A DNA stretch of 63,715 nucleotides, taken from IMG/VR virus record IMGVR_UViG_3300037089_000135. One strand, given 5' to 3'. The stretch's first letter is position 1. Each line of letters opens with the position of its first letter. The position numbers and the translations under genes are program-made. A model generated the notes under the pieces. That model worked only from the letters and a program-made list of their open reading frames with translations, was not told the DNA's origin and did no database searches. Source of the stretch: an uncultured virus (IMG/VR IMGVR_UViG_3300037089_000135). Its lineage: Duplodnaviria; Heunggongvirae; Uroviricota; Caudoviricetes. Of the stretch, positions 40,726 to 51,873 are shown piece by piece.

Positions 40726-42396
40726 TTAGGCCGGGGTCATTGTGGTCCCGGCGCTTGCGGTATAGCTAGAAGCATTGGATGGTAGAATACCTACTGCCAA
40801 CTTTTCATCTATCCGCTCGATGTGTCCAATATTTTCCATATTGATATTTACAAATACTTTTCCAGTGTCCGTATCTGATGGATACACTGTAATAGTATAT
40901 GCTCTTACACATTCAGCTTTCCTTAGATCTTCTAATACTGAATTCCATGACGCGCACATACTGGACATGATTCTATCAGTCCTCTTTTCATGGAAGAACT
41001 GTTGTGCGATTTCATTGGATGCAACGATCACAAAGTTAATTGTGCGTTGGTCAACAGTTCTTAGGAACTGCCAAGTGCTATCTGTGGTAATTCCTACATA
41101 CGGTCTAAGACCTCTGCTCTTGATGATACAATCAAGTCTTGCATCGGTATCCTGAGTCATCGTGTCAACTTCAGCCTGAGTAAACGTATTGAGCAACCCG
41201 TTTAGGCCGTTCATTGCATTTCTAGGCAGAGCTGCGGATTCCCCGAGAGCACATGCAGCTTCTTTACCGGCCCTGGCTACTGCAATACACTTTGGTACTG
41301 AGCTGCCATCCCATCCGTTAGCTACGATTGTAAGTAGACGGTTAGAATATCCAGATGCTAGATCTAACAGTGCTGCAACTCCCATATTTGGAGCAGCGGA
41401 TACGAACCACTGACATGGATGGAACTTATTTGCAAGCTCCATAGACTGTCCATCGACTTCAGGAATTAGGTCGTGGGTTCCAGGTTCAACTTCATAAGCT
41501 GTGATTGCAGCGGTTTGAGGCGCGCCGATTAACTCGGATGCTTGATCTCCGCCTACGCGCATTGCGGTTCTCCAGTTAGTAGTAGTGATTGCATCACCTT
41601 GAGTACCACCGGCGAGTTTCACTGTTCCGAGTGCTGGAAGATGTGTTTCTCCTGCTATTGCAGATATTTCGACAAGTCCAGTGCCATGTAACTTAGCAAT
41701 AAGCTGAGTAATAGTATGAATGTTATCGAATGTTTGTGTAATAACATTATCTGTAATTTGCACTTTGATTGTCTGATATTTCAGAGCATATGATATTGCC
41801 TGCGTATCCAGTAATGTATCACCGAAAGTAAAGTCTCCAATGGCATTAATTAACACTTCGCCGGTTGCAGGTACTCCAGTGTAAACAATATGTACTTCTG
41901 TTCCTTCGACTGCCATCCAGTTAGATCCATCATTTAGGATAGTTCTAGCTTTGGTATGATAAGGTCCTGCTCCGAGAGATGCTGGAAGTAGGTTATTTGT
42001 TTCTGTAGCCTTCCAGGACCCGGCCAGAATCTTAAGTTTGACTGCGTTGCCCCAAATACCTGGACTGGAAGCATTAACAATACAAACATCATTTCCTTGC
42101 CCATCGTTAAGAGTATAAGTTGCTGTTGCGTACCTTGTACCTAGTACACGAACTGCATAAACTACTGGAGCACCTTGACTAAATGCTAATACAATTGCGT
42201 CACACAAATCGCCACTGTCGAAATAAGTAGCTGCATAAGATGCGTCTGTCATTGCTACTGCCTCGCTTACAGGGCCTCTTGAAGACTCACCGATCAATAG
42301 GACTACTCCTTTGCCGACGATTACCGGCACCGGGCCTAATGTTTCGAGCTTTACCATCAGTCTCACGAAAGCTGCGCCATTTCCATATTCTACCAT
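40726..42396 (-). CDS. tail sheath protein
   Basis: IGESSRGP, ASSPGIWGN, LAGGTQG, VDQRTINF, IERI sheath motifs. Confidence 0.9.
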   Translation of the reverse strand: MVEYGNGAAFVRLMVKLETLGPVPVIVGKGVVLLIGESSRGPVSEAVAMTDASYAATYFDSGDLCDAIVLAFSQGAPVVYAVRVLGTRYATATYTLNDGQGNDVCIVNASSPGIWGNAVKLKILAGSWKATETNNLLPASLGAGPYHTKARTILNDGSNWMAVEGTEVHIVYTGVPATGEVLINAIGDFTFGDTLLDTQAISYALKYQTIKVQITDNVITQTFDNIHTITQLIAKLHGTGLVEISAIAGETHLPALGTVKLAGGTQGDAITTTNWRTAMRVGGDQASELIGAPQTAAITAYEVEPGTHDLIPEVDGQSMELANKFHPCQWFVSAAPNMGVAALLDLASGYSNRLLTIVANGWDGSSVPKCIAVARAGKEAACALGESAALPRNAMNGLNGLLNTFTQAEVDTMTQDTDARLDCIIKSRGLRPYVGITTDSTWQFLRTVDQRTINFVIVASNEIAQQFFHEKRTDRIMSSMCASWNSVLEDLRKAECVRAYTITVYPSDTDTGKVFVNINMENIGHIERIDEKLAVGILPSNASSYTASAGTTMTPA

Positions 42397-42411
42397 ATTT
42401 ATTCACCTATT

Positions 42412-43155
42412 TTAATCGTTATCATTTACTAATGTAATTCCGAATCCACACGTTGTGGATACTTCTTTTTTATTTAAAATATTAAACTTGATAGGCTTAG
42501 CTGAGCCTTTTAAAATGATATCCATTTTGTAAATATACTTTACAAATATTTCACCTAAGATATGGGATCTTTCCCCTCTGTTATCTTTATCATATGATTC
42601 AACTCCAATGTCAATGTCAATTTCATGTATGTTCGGTGTTGGATCAATTGCACTAAACTCATATGTAAATCCGAAATCAAGAACCACCGGGTACACCCAA
42701 ATATGCGAATGCTCGTCGTGCCACGGTGGGAGATAATTTGGTTTTATTGATCCTGGAATAATTTTTATTTTATCAGTACCAAAATTTAATCCAAGTCTAT
42801 TATTTTCTATTTCTAATGATAAATAATATTGTAATACATCAAGAGTTTCTACAATATTATCATCAGTACCGGCTTTCTCTGTGGCCGCTTCTAATAATAT
42901 TGAGCATGTTCCTCGATATATACCACCTATTCTTTGTTCTACATCACCGTTAGGCCCTGATCGGCTTCTCCAGGTTGTACCAAATGTTGAAGTTCCAAAA
43001 GGAATTGATTCTGATGTTATTGAAACCCGCATTGATGGATATGCATTTAAGCCGGGGTCTTTGAATCTATCTTTTCTTTGCTTATTAACAATGGTTCCGC
43101 CTAAATCAGTAGGTATAGAGTCGATTAATTTTTTTCTTTGCTCAGGATTTAACAT
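42412..43155 (-). CDS. tail completion/terminator-like protein
   Basis: YPS.RVS motif; upstream of sheath. Confidence 0.5.
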   Translation of the reverse strand: MLNPEQRKKLIDSIPTDLGGTIVNKQRKDRFKDPGLNAYPSMRVSITSESIPFGTSTFGTTWRSRSGPNGDVEQRIGGIYRGTCSILLEAATEKAGTDDNIVETLDVLQYYLSLEIENNRLGLNFGTDKIKIIPGSIKPNYLPPWHDEHSHIWVYPVVLDFGFTYEFSAIDPTPNIHEIDIDIGVESYDKDNRGERSHILGEIFVKYIYKMDIILKGSAKPIKFNILNKKEVSTTCGFGITLVNDND

Positions 43156-43166
43156 CTCTAACTACC

Positions 43167-44921
43167 TCACATATCAGGGCTTGGTCTTCTAACTCTACTA
43201 TCCCACGGAATGTAATGTTCTTTTGGCATAACAATATCAATCGCTTGTATAGTATATTCTTCCTCGCTAACAAGTACTTTATCCAGATGAGAATTTATTA
43301 ATCGGATATCCATTGATGATGTATTCGTTTGATCATTCAGTTTTATAGCCATACGCATTCTCATATATTTATTAACATTTGGATTGTCAAGTACTACGTT
43401 ATATGGTATCGATAATTGATTTATTGTTGCTAATCCTATGGAGTACGTTGTAGGGTAATCAATTATCTTATTGTTAACAATATCAAATTTACATAATGCT
43501 GGAGATGTTTTCAATATTAAAATATCGTTAACTGTAGATATTTTAAACAATTTTTGTGTTAACATATCATATGTATTATCAACATTATAGTCTTTTGAAA
43601 TTACTATGTCAAATGATTTTTCTTTTATGCACGCTATAGGGCTCCTATTTTGTATCAAAAGATCCATACCATAGCTTTGCGATTTCCTTACATAGCCACC
43701 GTAAACTTTCCAACCATTATGACAATCCGGGTGAATCCAAGTATACAATAAACACGTATCCTCTGTGAATGGTCCTCCTATTGAAGATAATTGTGAAAGA
43801 TCCGGACCACTGTAAATTTTCGCATTTGCTATATTTATGGTTGCCCAATCATCACCACCGTTCGAGGATTTCATTAGGATTGGAGCTGTTAAGCTTCCTC
43901 CAGAAAATATTATATCATTCTGTATTAAATTCGATCCTGTTACGTAAGCTTCTTCACAGTATAAAGAATCTGATAATGTACTAATAGAATCAAATTTTGG
44001 GAATACTGTAAACATTATATAATAGAAGGGGGCTTTTATTCCTTGTAAATTACGTTTTAAAGTGTAATGTCGTAAAATACCATTTTTCATTTTCACTTGA
44101 ACAACAAACCAAGGCGTTCCATCACTGGAAATATGACTTAGTTGAATATCAGTTATTATATCAGTCCATACATCTCTCGGCATTAACGGATAAAATCTAC
44201 CTGCGTTATCTGTATTTCCAGTTGTATATTCTCGGAACCACCAAGTACATTGTTGGTTCGCATAGCTAAATGATACCGCTGCATTATCTGAATATAATAA
44301 TAATGCAGTGTTACCTACAAACATTTGCGGTGTGTAACCACCGGGGCCATGATCGCTCGCAGGATCTATATTTGTTGCTGTGCACCCAATGAGTATATCA
44401 AATATAGTGCCATCGATAGTTGAATACGATGTTTTCGCAATTACTGGCGTAGATGTTCCTGCAATTAATGATTTCGACCAATCGAATCCGCCGTTTACTG
44501 TTCTCCAAATGTAAGTTCCATCAAGGGCTACGATAAGATCGTTTGTTAATTCTTTAACGCAAATACATCCAGGGGCTTGAACTGAAATTTTAGTGAAAGT
44601 CTTTCCAGCATCTACGGATCGCCACCATCCTCCGGAGGTTGCAACTAATGCTACTCCATAGTCCGGCCTGCAAATTGCTAATATATTTTCGGTTGTATTT
44701 AATACTTGAATCCATGTAAATCCGTTATCTGGAGTTCTAAATATTGAATATGTTCCGTCTACTAATTTTGCTGTGCAAATATGAAACTGTCCATAAATAT
44801 ATATAGCTTCACCGAAAGTTTCAACACTTGCGGGGAGTGGCATACTTTTCCACCAATTTGTATCATCTATTGTAAGAAGAAATCCTGGATAATTTTCTAA
44901 TTTCGCAATTGATACGACCAT
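43167..44921 (-). CDS. BNR/Asp-box beta-propeller protein (putative receptor binding)
   Basis: RTPDNGFTW, RSVDAGKTF, RTVNGGFDW, KSSNGGDDW repeats. Confidence 0.75.
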   Translation of the reverse strand: MVVSIAKLENYPGFLLTIDDTNWWKSMPLPASVETFGEAIYIYGQFHICTAKLVDGTYSIFRTPDNGFTWIQVLNTTENILAICRPDYGVALVATSGGWWRSVDAGKTFTKISVQAPGCICVKELTNDLIVALDGTYIWRTVNGGFDWSKSLIAGTSTPVIAKTSYSTIDGTIFDILIGCTATNIDPASDHGPGGYTPQMFVGNTALLLYSDNAAVSFSYANQQCTWWFREYTTGNTDNAGRFYPLMPRDVWTDIITDIQLSHISSDGTPWFVVQVKMKNGILRHYTLKRNLQGIKAPFYYIMFTVFPKFDSISTLSDSLYCEEAYVTGSNLIQNDIIFSGGSLTAPILMKSSNGGDDWATINIANAKIYSGPDLSQLSSIGGPFTEDTCLLYTWIHPDCHNGWKVYGGYVRKSQSYGMDLLIQNRSPIACIKEKSFDIVISKDYNVDNTYDMLTQKLFKISTVNDILILKTSPALCKFDIVNNKIIDYPTTYSIGLATINQLSIPYNVVLDNPNVNKYMRMRMAIKLNDQTNTSSMDIRLINSHLDKVLVSEEEYTIQAIDIVMPKEHYIPWDSRVRRPSPDM

Positions 44922-46202
44922 CTATAACCACCAGTTCATTATAAGTATGCTAATTCCATAATCACATCTTAAATTTTTGTTATTTGTGATCATTCCAAAT
45001 TGTACGGTGTTCATAAAGTGAATATTTTTTATTATAATATTCATGTCGTATGGTATTAATGATTGATTTAGTATACGTATATCATATTTGGTCCTCGCAA
45101 TTTTAGATTTCTGATTAACTATGCTCATATTTTGATAAGCTTCTTTATTTGGATTGCAAGAAATTATATCTATATAAAGATTTTCTAAATTAAGTTTTTG
45201 TGAGCACAAATCAAAATCGCAATTTTTTAGGGCGTTCTGATTTTTATTAAGTAAATCAAATTGCGTCGATTTTATGATGCGTTTTCGAATAGCTAAAAAT
45301 GTTTTAATGCTTTCTGTATGCATTTTTTGATTCGCAATTTTCATGTAATATTCAAATTCCGGACGTTTTGCTAAGGTTGTACGTATTATATATTCTTTTT
45401 GTAGATTGCTTCTTCCGATGTATGCAGTTAAGAAGTATTCATATATTGATACACCTCGCATTAATATCTTCATATTTAGATCTACTAAAGGAGTTCGGAT
45501 ATCACTGGATACACCGGCTGCAAACATCCTATCGGACATGAGCTTCAGCAAATCCTTTTTAGTGATTGCTGCTCTCATTCCAGCATCGGATGCGAATGTG
45601 ATTCTAGCAATACACGGTGATCTGCTTTCGATAGTTGTCTCACCATCCATACCGATAATTCTGTCTATAATTTTTTGGCATCTTGGTATAGTTCCACAGC
45701 ATGTTAAAACGTCACTGTAATTTTGCAGGTAAGCTTTGTAATCAGTATCAGATTGCCCTGTCCTTCTTGGAAGTTGGTAAGCTGCGCCCCAAAAATCATC
45801 TAATTGTGAACCTTCAGCGGTACCTATGATCATCTCTGGCTTCATGGTATCCATCTTTCGCCAAATACGATCAATTTCGTTACCGTATGCCCAAAATAAA
45901 GTATTTATTACAGTATCTTTTGGAATCCTGTTATTGGGGTGAGGAGCTAAAAGGATATCCATTTTATATCGCTGGATGATATTTTTAAGTGTTAATGAGA
46001 ATGGAACTGCGATCGTACCTTGAAATTGACATTTCATTACAATTGGTAAACCTACGCTTTCACGTTTTACCATTATGATATTAGCACCATACCGGCCTAA
46101 GTTTAGTTCATCGAGAACACCCATGTTATAAGTCTTACTTTGTATTAAGTAAGAATCGCCAATAGCCGGTAAATTTCCAACGCCTGAATATCCAATTATC
46201 AT
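44922..46202 (-). CDS. baseplate gpI-like protein with C-terminal repeats
   Basis: AEGSQLD..G...LPRR.GQSD.DY, AAGV. Confidence 0.65.
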   Translation of the reverse strand: MIIGYSGVGNLPAIGDSYLIQSKTYNMGVLDELNLGRYGANIIMVKRESVGLPIVMKCQFQGTIAVPFSLTLKNIIQRYKMDILLAPHPNNRIPKDTVINTLFWAYGNEIDRIWRKMDTMKPEMIIGTAEGSQLDDFWGAAYQLPRRTGQSDTDYKAYLQNYSDVLTCCGTIPRCQKIIDRIIGMDGETTIESRSPCIARITFASDAGMRAAITKKDLLKLMSDRMFAAGVSSDIRTPLVDLNMKILMRGVSIYEYFLTAYIGRSNLQKEYIIRTTLAKRPEFEYYMKIANQKMHTESIKTFLAIRKRIIKSTQFDLLNKNQNALKNCDFDLCSQKLNLENLYIDIISCNPNKEAYQNMSIVNQKSKIARTKYDIRILNQSLIPYDMNIIIKNIHFMNTVQFGMITNNKNLRCDYGISILIMNWWL

Positions 46203-46213
46203 GATAACCCTCT

Positions 46214-47032
46214 TTAAAGTATGTCTATGTCTACGTTCTTACTCCCTACGGAAATTCTAACTTTATCATTAATCTGTATTACATAATTAACGAATGGGAT
46301 CAAGTCCGCTACCTGATCGATCATTGGAAGTCGGCCTAGTCCTGATGCATGAAATTTACAAACAGGGCAATATATTTTTCCATCTTTTTCTCTAACTACA
46401 TTTTTTTGATCTACAATGCTAAAAACTCCGGTCTTAATTGCCCACTGTGCGTATTCTGTACGTAGTGCTATTACCTGCCTTTGATACGAATCAAATTCAA
46501 TTTCTTTACTTCTCATTTGTTCTACAAGAGGATTAATTTTAGATGCGAAAATAACATCTCTTCTAGCTTTTTCTTCAATTATCTCTTGCGATAATGGAAC
46601 GTTGGAATGTCTATGTTCACAGTACCAAATATCAGTCAACCCGCAATTTGGGCATTCGTAGAACTTTGTGCTATCGGTGTGCTTCCATGTGTGACCGCAA
46701 TCACGGCATTCCATGTGTGAAGTTTGTTCAATTCCATTATCCCAAAAGCTAATAGCATCTTCATTATAATAATGTACTTCATCGTCCGGATTCAAATTAA
46801 CTGTATATTGTGGTAAGTATGGCACGGCTGCGGCGGATATATTACATTCTTTTGTAATTTTATCTGCTAGTTCTTCAGTAAGTGGCATAAGGATAATTTT
46901 TGACATCGGAATATTATCATCATACCATTTGTTTTGTTTTCCCGTATCTATATCAAATTGAGGAATAAAAAACTTACCGTCACTGCTTACCTTAGTCCAC
47001 ATATATTCCAAAACACTTTCCATATTTTTCAA
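46214..47032 (-). CDS. Zn-ribbon hypothetical protein
   Basis: CRDC, CPNC, CPVC. Confidence 0.55.
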   Translation of the reverse strand: MKNMESVLEYMWTKVSSDGKFFIPQFDIDTGKQNKWYDDNIPMSKIILMPLTEELADKITKECNISAAAVPYLPQYTVNLNPDDEVHYYNEDAISFWDNGIEQTSHMECRDCGHTWKHTDSTKFYECPNCGLTDIWYCEHRHSNVPLSQEIIEEKARRDVIFASKINPLVEQMRSKEIEFDSYQRQVIALRTEYAQWAIKTGVFSIVDQKNVVREKDGKIYCPVCKFHASGLGRLPMIDQVADLIPFVNYVIQINDKVRISVGSKNVDIDIL

Positions 47033-47094
47033 TCTCCTATTATTTATTTATGCACTAAAAAGGTTATAAATAGGGAATATTCCCTATTTAATGT

Positions 47095-47685
47095 TTAAAT
47101 TTCATTATAACGCCATGTAACCGTCTCGTTGCTTTGGTCGCCCTGAATTGCATCAGATGCGATGAGGGCCTGAGAAACCACATGGTAAGAATGGCCTGAA
47201 ATTGCACCGTAAGTATTGCTATCTACGACGAGTGGGTTTGTGCTCAGATACGTATCTGCATCGACTGGAACGTGATGATTAGAGCTTCCTATCTTGTAAT
47301 ACGTATGGCCTACGCCTGCATCGTCTACATTGTCACCAGAGGTACCTTGTACGCCGGTTGCCTGGACATAAGACGCAGTTGGGCATCCATTGTCGCCGGT
47401 GCTCTTGACACATACCAAAAGCATTCCGCCTGTCCCGAGGTGCCATGTATTCTTGATGTTACCACTGGTATACCATCTGATATCGGATATGGATACGGAT
47501 GGTGCTGTCCATGCAAGCCTATGTGACTTAGCATATGATCTGTTAAAGTCCGCTAATGGAACTATACATGGATCTTGCAATTGTGGGTTAAACCCGTCGC
47601 GTGTGCAATATCTTCCCTGAGTAATAGGAGTCCAGGTGCCTACACCGGACCCGTTGCATTCTTCTACATTAACTATTGCTGGCAT
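47095..47685 (-). CDS. virion structural protein
   Basis: In the late operon with GGTGA RBS; beta-rich. Confidence 0.5.
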   Translation of the reverse strand: MPAIVNVEECNGSGVGTWTPITQGRYCTRDGFNPQLQDPCIVPLADFNRSYAKSHRLAWTAPSVSISDIRWYTSGNIKNTWHLGTGGMLLVCVKSTGDNGCPTASYVQATGVQGTSGDNVDDAGVGHTYYKIGSSNHHVPVDADTYLSTNPLVVDSNTYGAISGHSYHVVSQALIASDAIQGDQSNETVTWRYNEI

Positions 47686-47695
47686 TTATATCACC

Positions 47696-48094
47696 TTAAT
47701 ATTCTTTCATTTTCTTGTAATAATGGTCGAATACCTTATCAAAAATTTCTTGGGATATTCTATCCATTTCTTCATCAAAAGTTGATCTAATAAACGATCT
47801 TTCTGGAATATGCTTTGTGCCGTATTCATTTGAGTATGCTTTTTCGAGAACTTCCTCCCCGGCATCTTCAAATATTCCAGCTTCTATTCGCAATGAACCG
47901 CTACTATTCTGCTCTACTCTTCCTTCAATATTTGCGAACATTTCGCCTGTATCTACTAGCGGGAGAGATGAGCCTTTTCGTTTTATAGTGGCTTCCGCAT
48001 TAGGCGGATCAACGCCACTTAGAACTTTATTTTCGATGCAAGTTTTGAGGTCATTTGCGGCATCTCGATAAATTGCCACTAATTCTTCATCCAT
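47696..48094 (-). CDS. neck/virion morphogenesis protein
   Basis: PPNAEATIKRKGSS.PLVDTG, NEYGT..IPERSFIR. Confidence 0.8.
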   Translation of the reverse strand: MDEELVAIYRDAANDLKTCIENKVLSGVDPPNAEATIKRKGSSLPLVDTGEMFANIEGRVEQNSSGSLRIEAGIFEDAGEEVLEKAYSNEYGTKHIPERSFIRSTFDEEMDRISQEIFDKVFDHYYKKMKEY

Positions 48095-48104
48095 TGTATC
48101 TCTC

Positions 48105-48908
48105 CTAAATAAACATTGTATTTATAGGTTTTTTGACTCGATGTTTCGTTGGAGTGCTAGATAAATAAATTCCAAATGAAACACCTTTTTGTTTGTTCTT
48201 AAAAAGGAATGGACACGATATGTCGTAAAAATATCGAGTTACCTTTGCTAATCCCATGCTTATACCATTGTACGAAAACATATGTAAATTAGCTAATGCT
48301 ATTTGATACGTATTGAGATTATATGTTTTCACTACAGTAAGATCTTGATACACAAGTAAATCGTCGATGTATACCACGCTACCTGCCGAGCTTCCACTTA
48401 ATACAAGGTCTACAATGCTATTAGATGGGCCGAGCAGGACGGTATCACTATCAGAAAGAACCGCAGATCCCTTACTTGATCCGTTTATGATCCAAGATAA
48501 TGATGATAAGATAAAATCTATTATGACTTCACAGTGATACCACGTATTAGCGGCATATATTGTATCAGTCGGAAGATTAACTATTGCCCCCGTAGAATTT
48601 TGATACCTAAAATGTCCGTCTTGGCATACCAGAGGTAACATGTTGCCCCCAAGATCATCAATGGGTTCGAGGATGTATTTGGTGCCTGATGTAGAAGACA
48701 TCAAAATATAAAAATCTAAATATAATTTACCTCCTAGATTTAATGTTTTGGAAAGTTCATAGTCTGCTGTCGCCGCGCATTTTGCCGCATACGTTCCGTT
48801 GTGCTTCGTGATAGATTGTACCGACCAAGCACCGCCCATATAATCCCATTTTGTGAAATCTCCGGTTTCAAAATTGTCGGAAAACATTAGATTCTTGCTC
48901 ATATACAA
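48105..48908 (-). CDS. ConA/LamG-like lectin-fold virion protein
   Basis: FSDNFETGD..W, NTWYHCE, VYIDDL. Confidence 0.65.
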   Translation of the reverse strand: MYMSKNLMFSDNFETGDFTKWDYMGGAWSVQSITKHNGTYAAKCAATADYELSKTLNLGGKLYLDFYILMSSTSGTKYILEPIDDLGGNMLPLVCQDGHFRYQNSTGAIVNLPTDTIYAANTWYHCEVIIDFILSSLSWIINGSSKGSAVLSDSDTVLLGPSNSIVDLVLSGSSAGSVVYIDDLLVYQDLTVVKTYNLNTYQIALANLHMFSYNGISMGLAKVTRYFYDISCPFLFKNKQKGVSFGIYLSSTPTKHRVKKPINTMFI

Positions 48909-48920
48909 TCACCTCAATAA

Positions 48921-50381
48921 TTAACTTATGGACATTGTTAATGAACAAAGGATTTGCGTTAGAGCGGTAATTCCAGTAACTTTAATTCTTACATAGTCAC
49001 CGGCTGCAACTGTGATAGGAGCTGCCAAATTTTCATCATACCAATTGTCATTGGTAATAACATATTGATCTAATGCCGATCCAGCAGATCCTCCAGAATG
49101 GCGTATATATAAAGTACACGTTATATATCCTACTGTATCGTGTATTTCGCGAATATGCGTTTTTGTTATCGTACATGCTACTGGTATTTCCCATTCTTCT
49201 TCTAAATTTTCAGGTATTACCGCAGCGGCGTTACCAAATTTGTAGCCTACTGTGAATATCTTACCTTTAAGAACATTTGTTAACAGTTCTCCGCTTACTG
49301 CGGGCAGTTGTGCGCTTGTGTTTAATTGCACCAAGTTATATGCAGATGTACCTACACCAAACCCATTTTTCAGTTTTCTTGCATTTACACCGTCCCACTG
49401 AGGAACATAGTTATCATTGTTAGTTGCTGGAGATAATACAACGCCTGTAATCTGAGTTCCATCTACAGCGGGGATTTTTGAATTGGCATCTAACTGGAGT
49501 AAATTATTTGCGCCGGTTCCGACTGCTAGACCTGCCTTCAGAGTCTTGCTATCTGCCCCGTTCCACTGAGGAACGTAGTTATCGCTATTATTTGCAGGGC
49601 CAATTACATTTCCTACGCCTACAGCGGACTCAGTGCCTCCAGCGGGCACAATATAAATCTTACCATCAGTTTTTGCATAGAGTAAAGTATACCCGGTTGC
49701 GGGTGCGACAGGTGTTGCTATTTGTTTAATTTTAGCTGCAAGATCAAGCGTTGGAGCATCGTCAAATGTTTTATATGTCAAATGCTGAGCATCATACGAT
49801 CCTATAATGTCTCCAGCGGGCGCGGTTTTTCCATCTACTAAGGTACCTGGGGTAGAACTCCAAACCGGCATTTTTCCTGCCGTAGTTGCTGTGGTAGGGC
49901 CTTGAACAAACGAAGTACCGGCACAAGCCATATCATCAATACTTGCATTTAGGATAGTTGTTACACCGGCTCCTACGAATACTCGCGCTATGATAACACC
50001 GTTCGGAATACTGTCGCCTGGAGCTGGAGAAGCCCATCTTTTAGGATACGCAGTTTGCGTACTTGGATCAATAATAGCGGGGGTTCCTTCATATTTCTGC
50101 CCGGCAGCATTTCCATCAATATATATAATTGCAACTCTAGGGAGACTTGGATCAGAATTATCTAATGTTAATGCTCCTCCTGCTACTGCTAATGGAGTGG
50201 TTCCCCATCCAAATTGTACTATTCCAGAGTCTATTACGATTCCCATACTCGGAGATGCTGCTTGATGAACATCACACCCCGAAATGACAAAATATCCAAG
50301 TTTTGATCTACTATCGGATTCAACGTGCGCGGAGGTAAAAACTTCATTTTTGGCTACTTTTATAAATCCAATCGTTGCCAT
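48921..50381 (-). CDS. tail fibre protein
   Basis: Duplicated DNYVPQW.G..LK.G..VGT.A.NL.QL...PAV.G repeat. Confidence 0.75.
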   Translation of the reverse strand: MATIGFIKVAKNEVFTSAHVESDSRSKLGYFVISGCDVHQAASPSMGIVIDSGIVQFGWGTTPLAVAGGALTLDNSDPSLPRVAIIYIDGNAAGQKYEGTPAIIDPSTQTAYPKRWASPAPGDSIPNGVIIARVFVGAGVTTILNASIDDMACAGTSFVQGPTTATTAGKMPVWSSTPGTLVDGKTAPAGDIIGSYDAQHLTYKTFDDAPTLDLAAKIKQIATPVAPATGYTLLYAKTDGKIYIVPAGGTESAVGVGNVIGPANNSDNYVPQWNGADSKTLKAGLAVGTGANNLLQLDANSKIPAVDGTQITGVVLSPATNNDNYVPQWDGVNARKLKNGFGVGTSAYNLVQLNTSAQLPAVSGELLTNVLKGKIFTVGYKFGNAAAVIPENLEEEWEIPVACTITKTHIREIHDTVGYITCTLYIRHSGGSAGSALDQYVITNDNWYDENLAAPITVAAGDYVRIKVTGITALTQILCSLTMSIS

Positions 50382-50394
50382 AATTTAATCCTCC

Positions 50395-51859
50395 TCAAAT
50401 TTCTACTATATATGTATATTTCTTGTCTAATTGTACTGTTGGATAAATATTGGTAATATCGCTTTCATTAGTCATGGATACAACTGCGTTTTCATCGTCT
50501 GGTAATATAGAAACTTTTAATGGGATTGCACAAAGTGTATGCGCTATTGTTTGCATTGCTCCGGTGCCTATCGATCTACCAACTTTTCTAAACACTGGAG
50601 TAGCCAAAATAATATCCATTCCATACGCTTTTATTGGATAATCTATTTCTATAGGCTCATTTAGATTGTTACCATTATGGTCCAACCTATAATGATATTC
50701 AGCTTCAGATATAAGTGTTGATCTGTATGCTTGATATAGTTCTATTGTAAATTTCAACTTTATCACCTTTTATACATTATAAATTCTATAGGTATCTGTG
50801 CTTTCCATCGTCCGGCTCTATCTGCCGGTTGTATGATAAGGGTATCAGATTCTAAGAATAACCGCCAATTATTTTTAAATACTTCGTGGTGATCAATAAT
50901 ATATTGCTGAATATATGTAGATACATGTCTACAATATGTATCTTTTTCACCGTTAGAAGTTAACACATCAATTCGTACTATTCCAGTGAATAGCTGAGTG
51001 TCTCTATAACCTCCATGCATCGTTCTTTGATCTGAGCTGTTGTGAGCTTCGTAAGTTTTGATATTTGGAAGTGTAAGCCCTATAATCGTTGCATATTTGC
51101 CTGTTAATACTTCTTCAGATACGAGTGCTTCTGTTCGGATTTCATCGACAATGGTAAGAAGATTAGCTTTGTATGTAAGTATATCTGATAATTCTATAAG
51201 CATCTGCTCTACTGTTGTTAGGGGTATTTCTGGCATAGTCTCGATCCTCAATCCTTCCGCACGGCATAAAATTCATATCCTGCGATTACATTTGAATTCG
51301 GTAATCTGATTGCGTTAATGCTACTTGCTGAAGTTAGTTTTATTCCGGGCAAACCATTACAATAGAATTCATCACCGGCCTGAATAATTGCGTGGGTTCT
51401 TATGTAGTAAACTTCTTTATCTGTTAGACCTAATTCATTTACTATCCACATTGCTCGCGATCCACCAATCTGTGAAAATGCACATTTGTATCGTCTTTCT
51501 GTATATATATACTCAGGTTGTAACATTATGTTTACTGAGTTTATTTTTAAGTTTGGTATAGGGTCCTCACCTGATAATCCTCTCGATGTAAAGTTTATGA
51601 TACGATCAAACATGTTAGTAGAAAAGATTTGAGAAGGTCCTGTAAACCGGATACTCTCGCTTATGTTTACATCATCATTAACACCGTTTACTGTTATTGC
51701 TCCGGTACAATCTGATGTACCACTTAAAACAAACAATAACTTACATTTACTTGGTAGTTCAATTGCCGGGATCATTGTTTTCCCAACAGATTGATCGATC
51801 AGAGTGTTAGTGTACTCTTTTTTAGTGAGCACATGAGTATATCTTGTCCGGAGAACCAT
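50395..51859 (-). CDS. three head-tail joining-region proteins (50395..50766, 50763..51251, 51248..51859)
   Basis: Synteny and coupled ORFs; individual roles uncertain. Confidence 0.5.
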
Positions 51860-51873
51860 CTTTTATCCCTCTT

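Noticed and set aside
9888..46202. Pyrrolysine or TAG read-through fusing in-frame neighbours (10389/10388, 44922/44921)
   Set aside because: The same zero-gap arrangement is more common with TAA; no conserved gene is seen split by TAG
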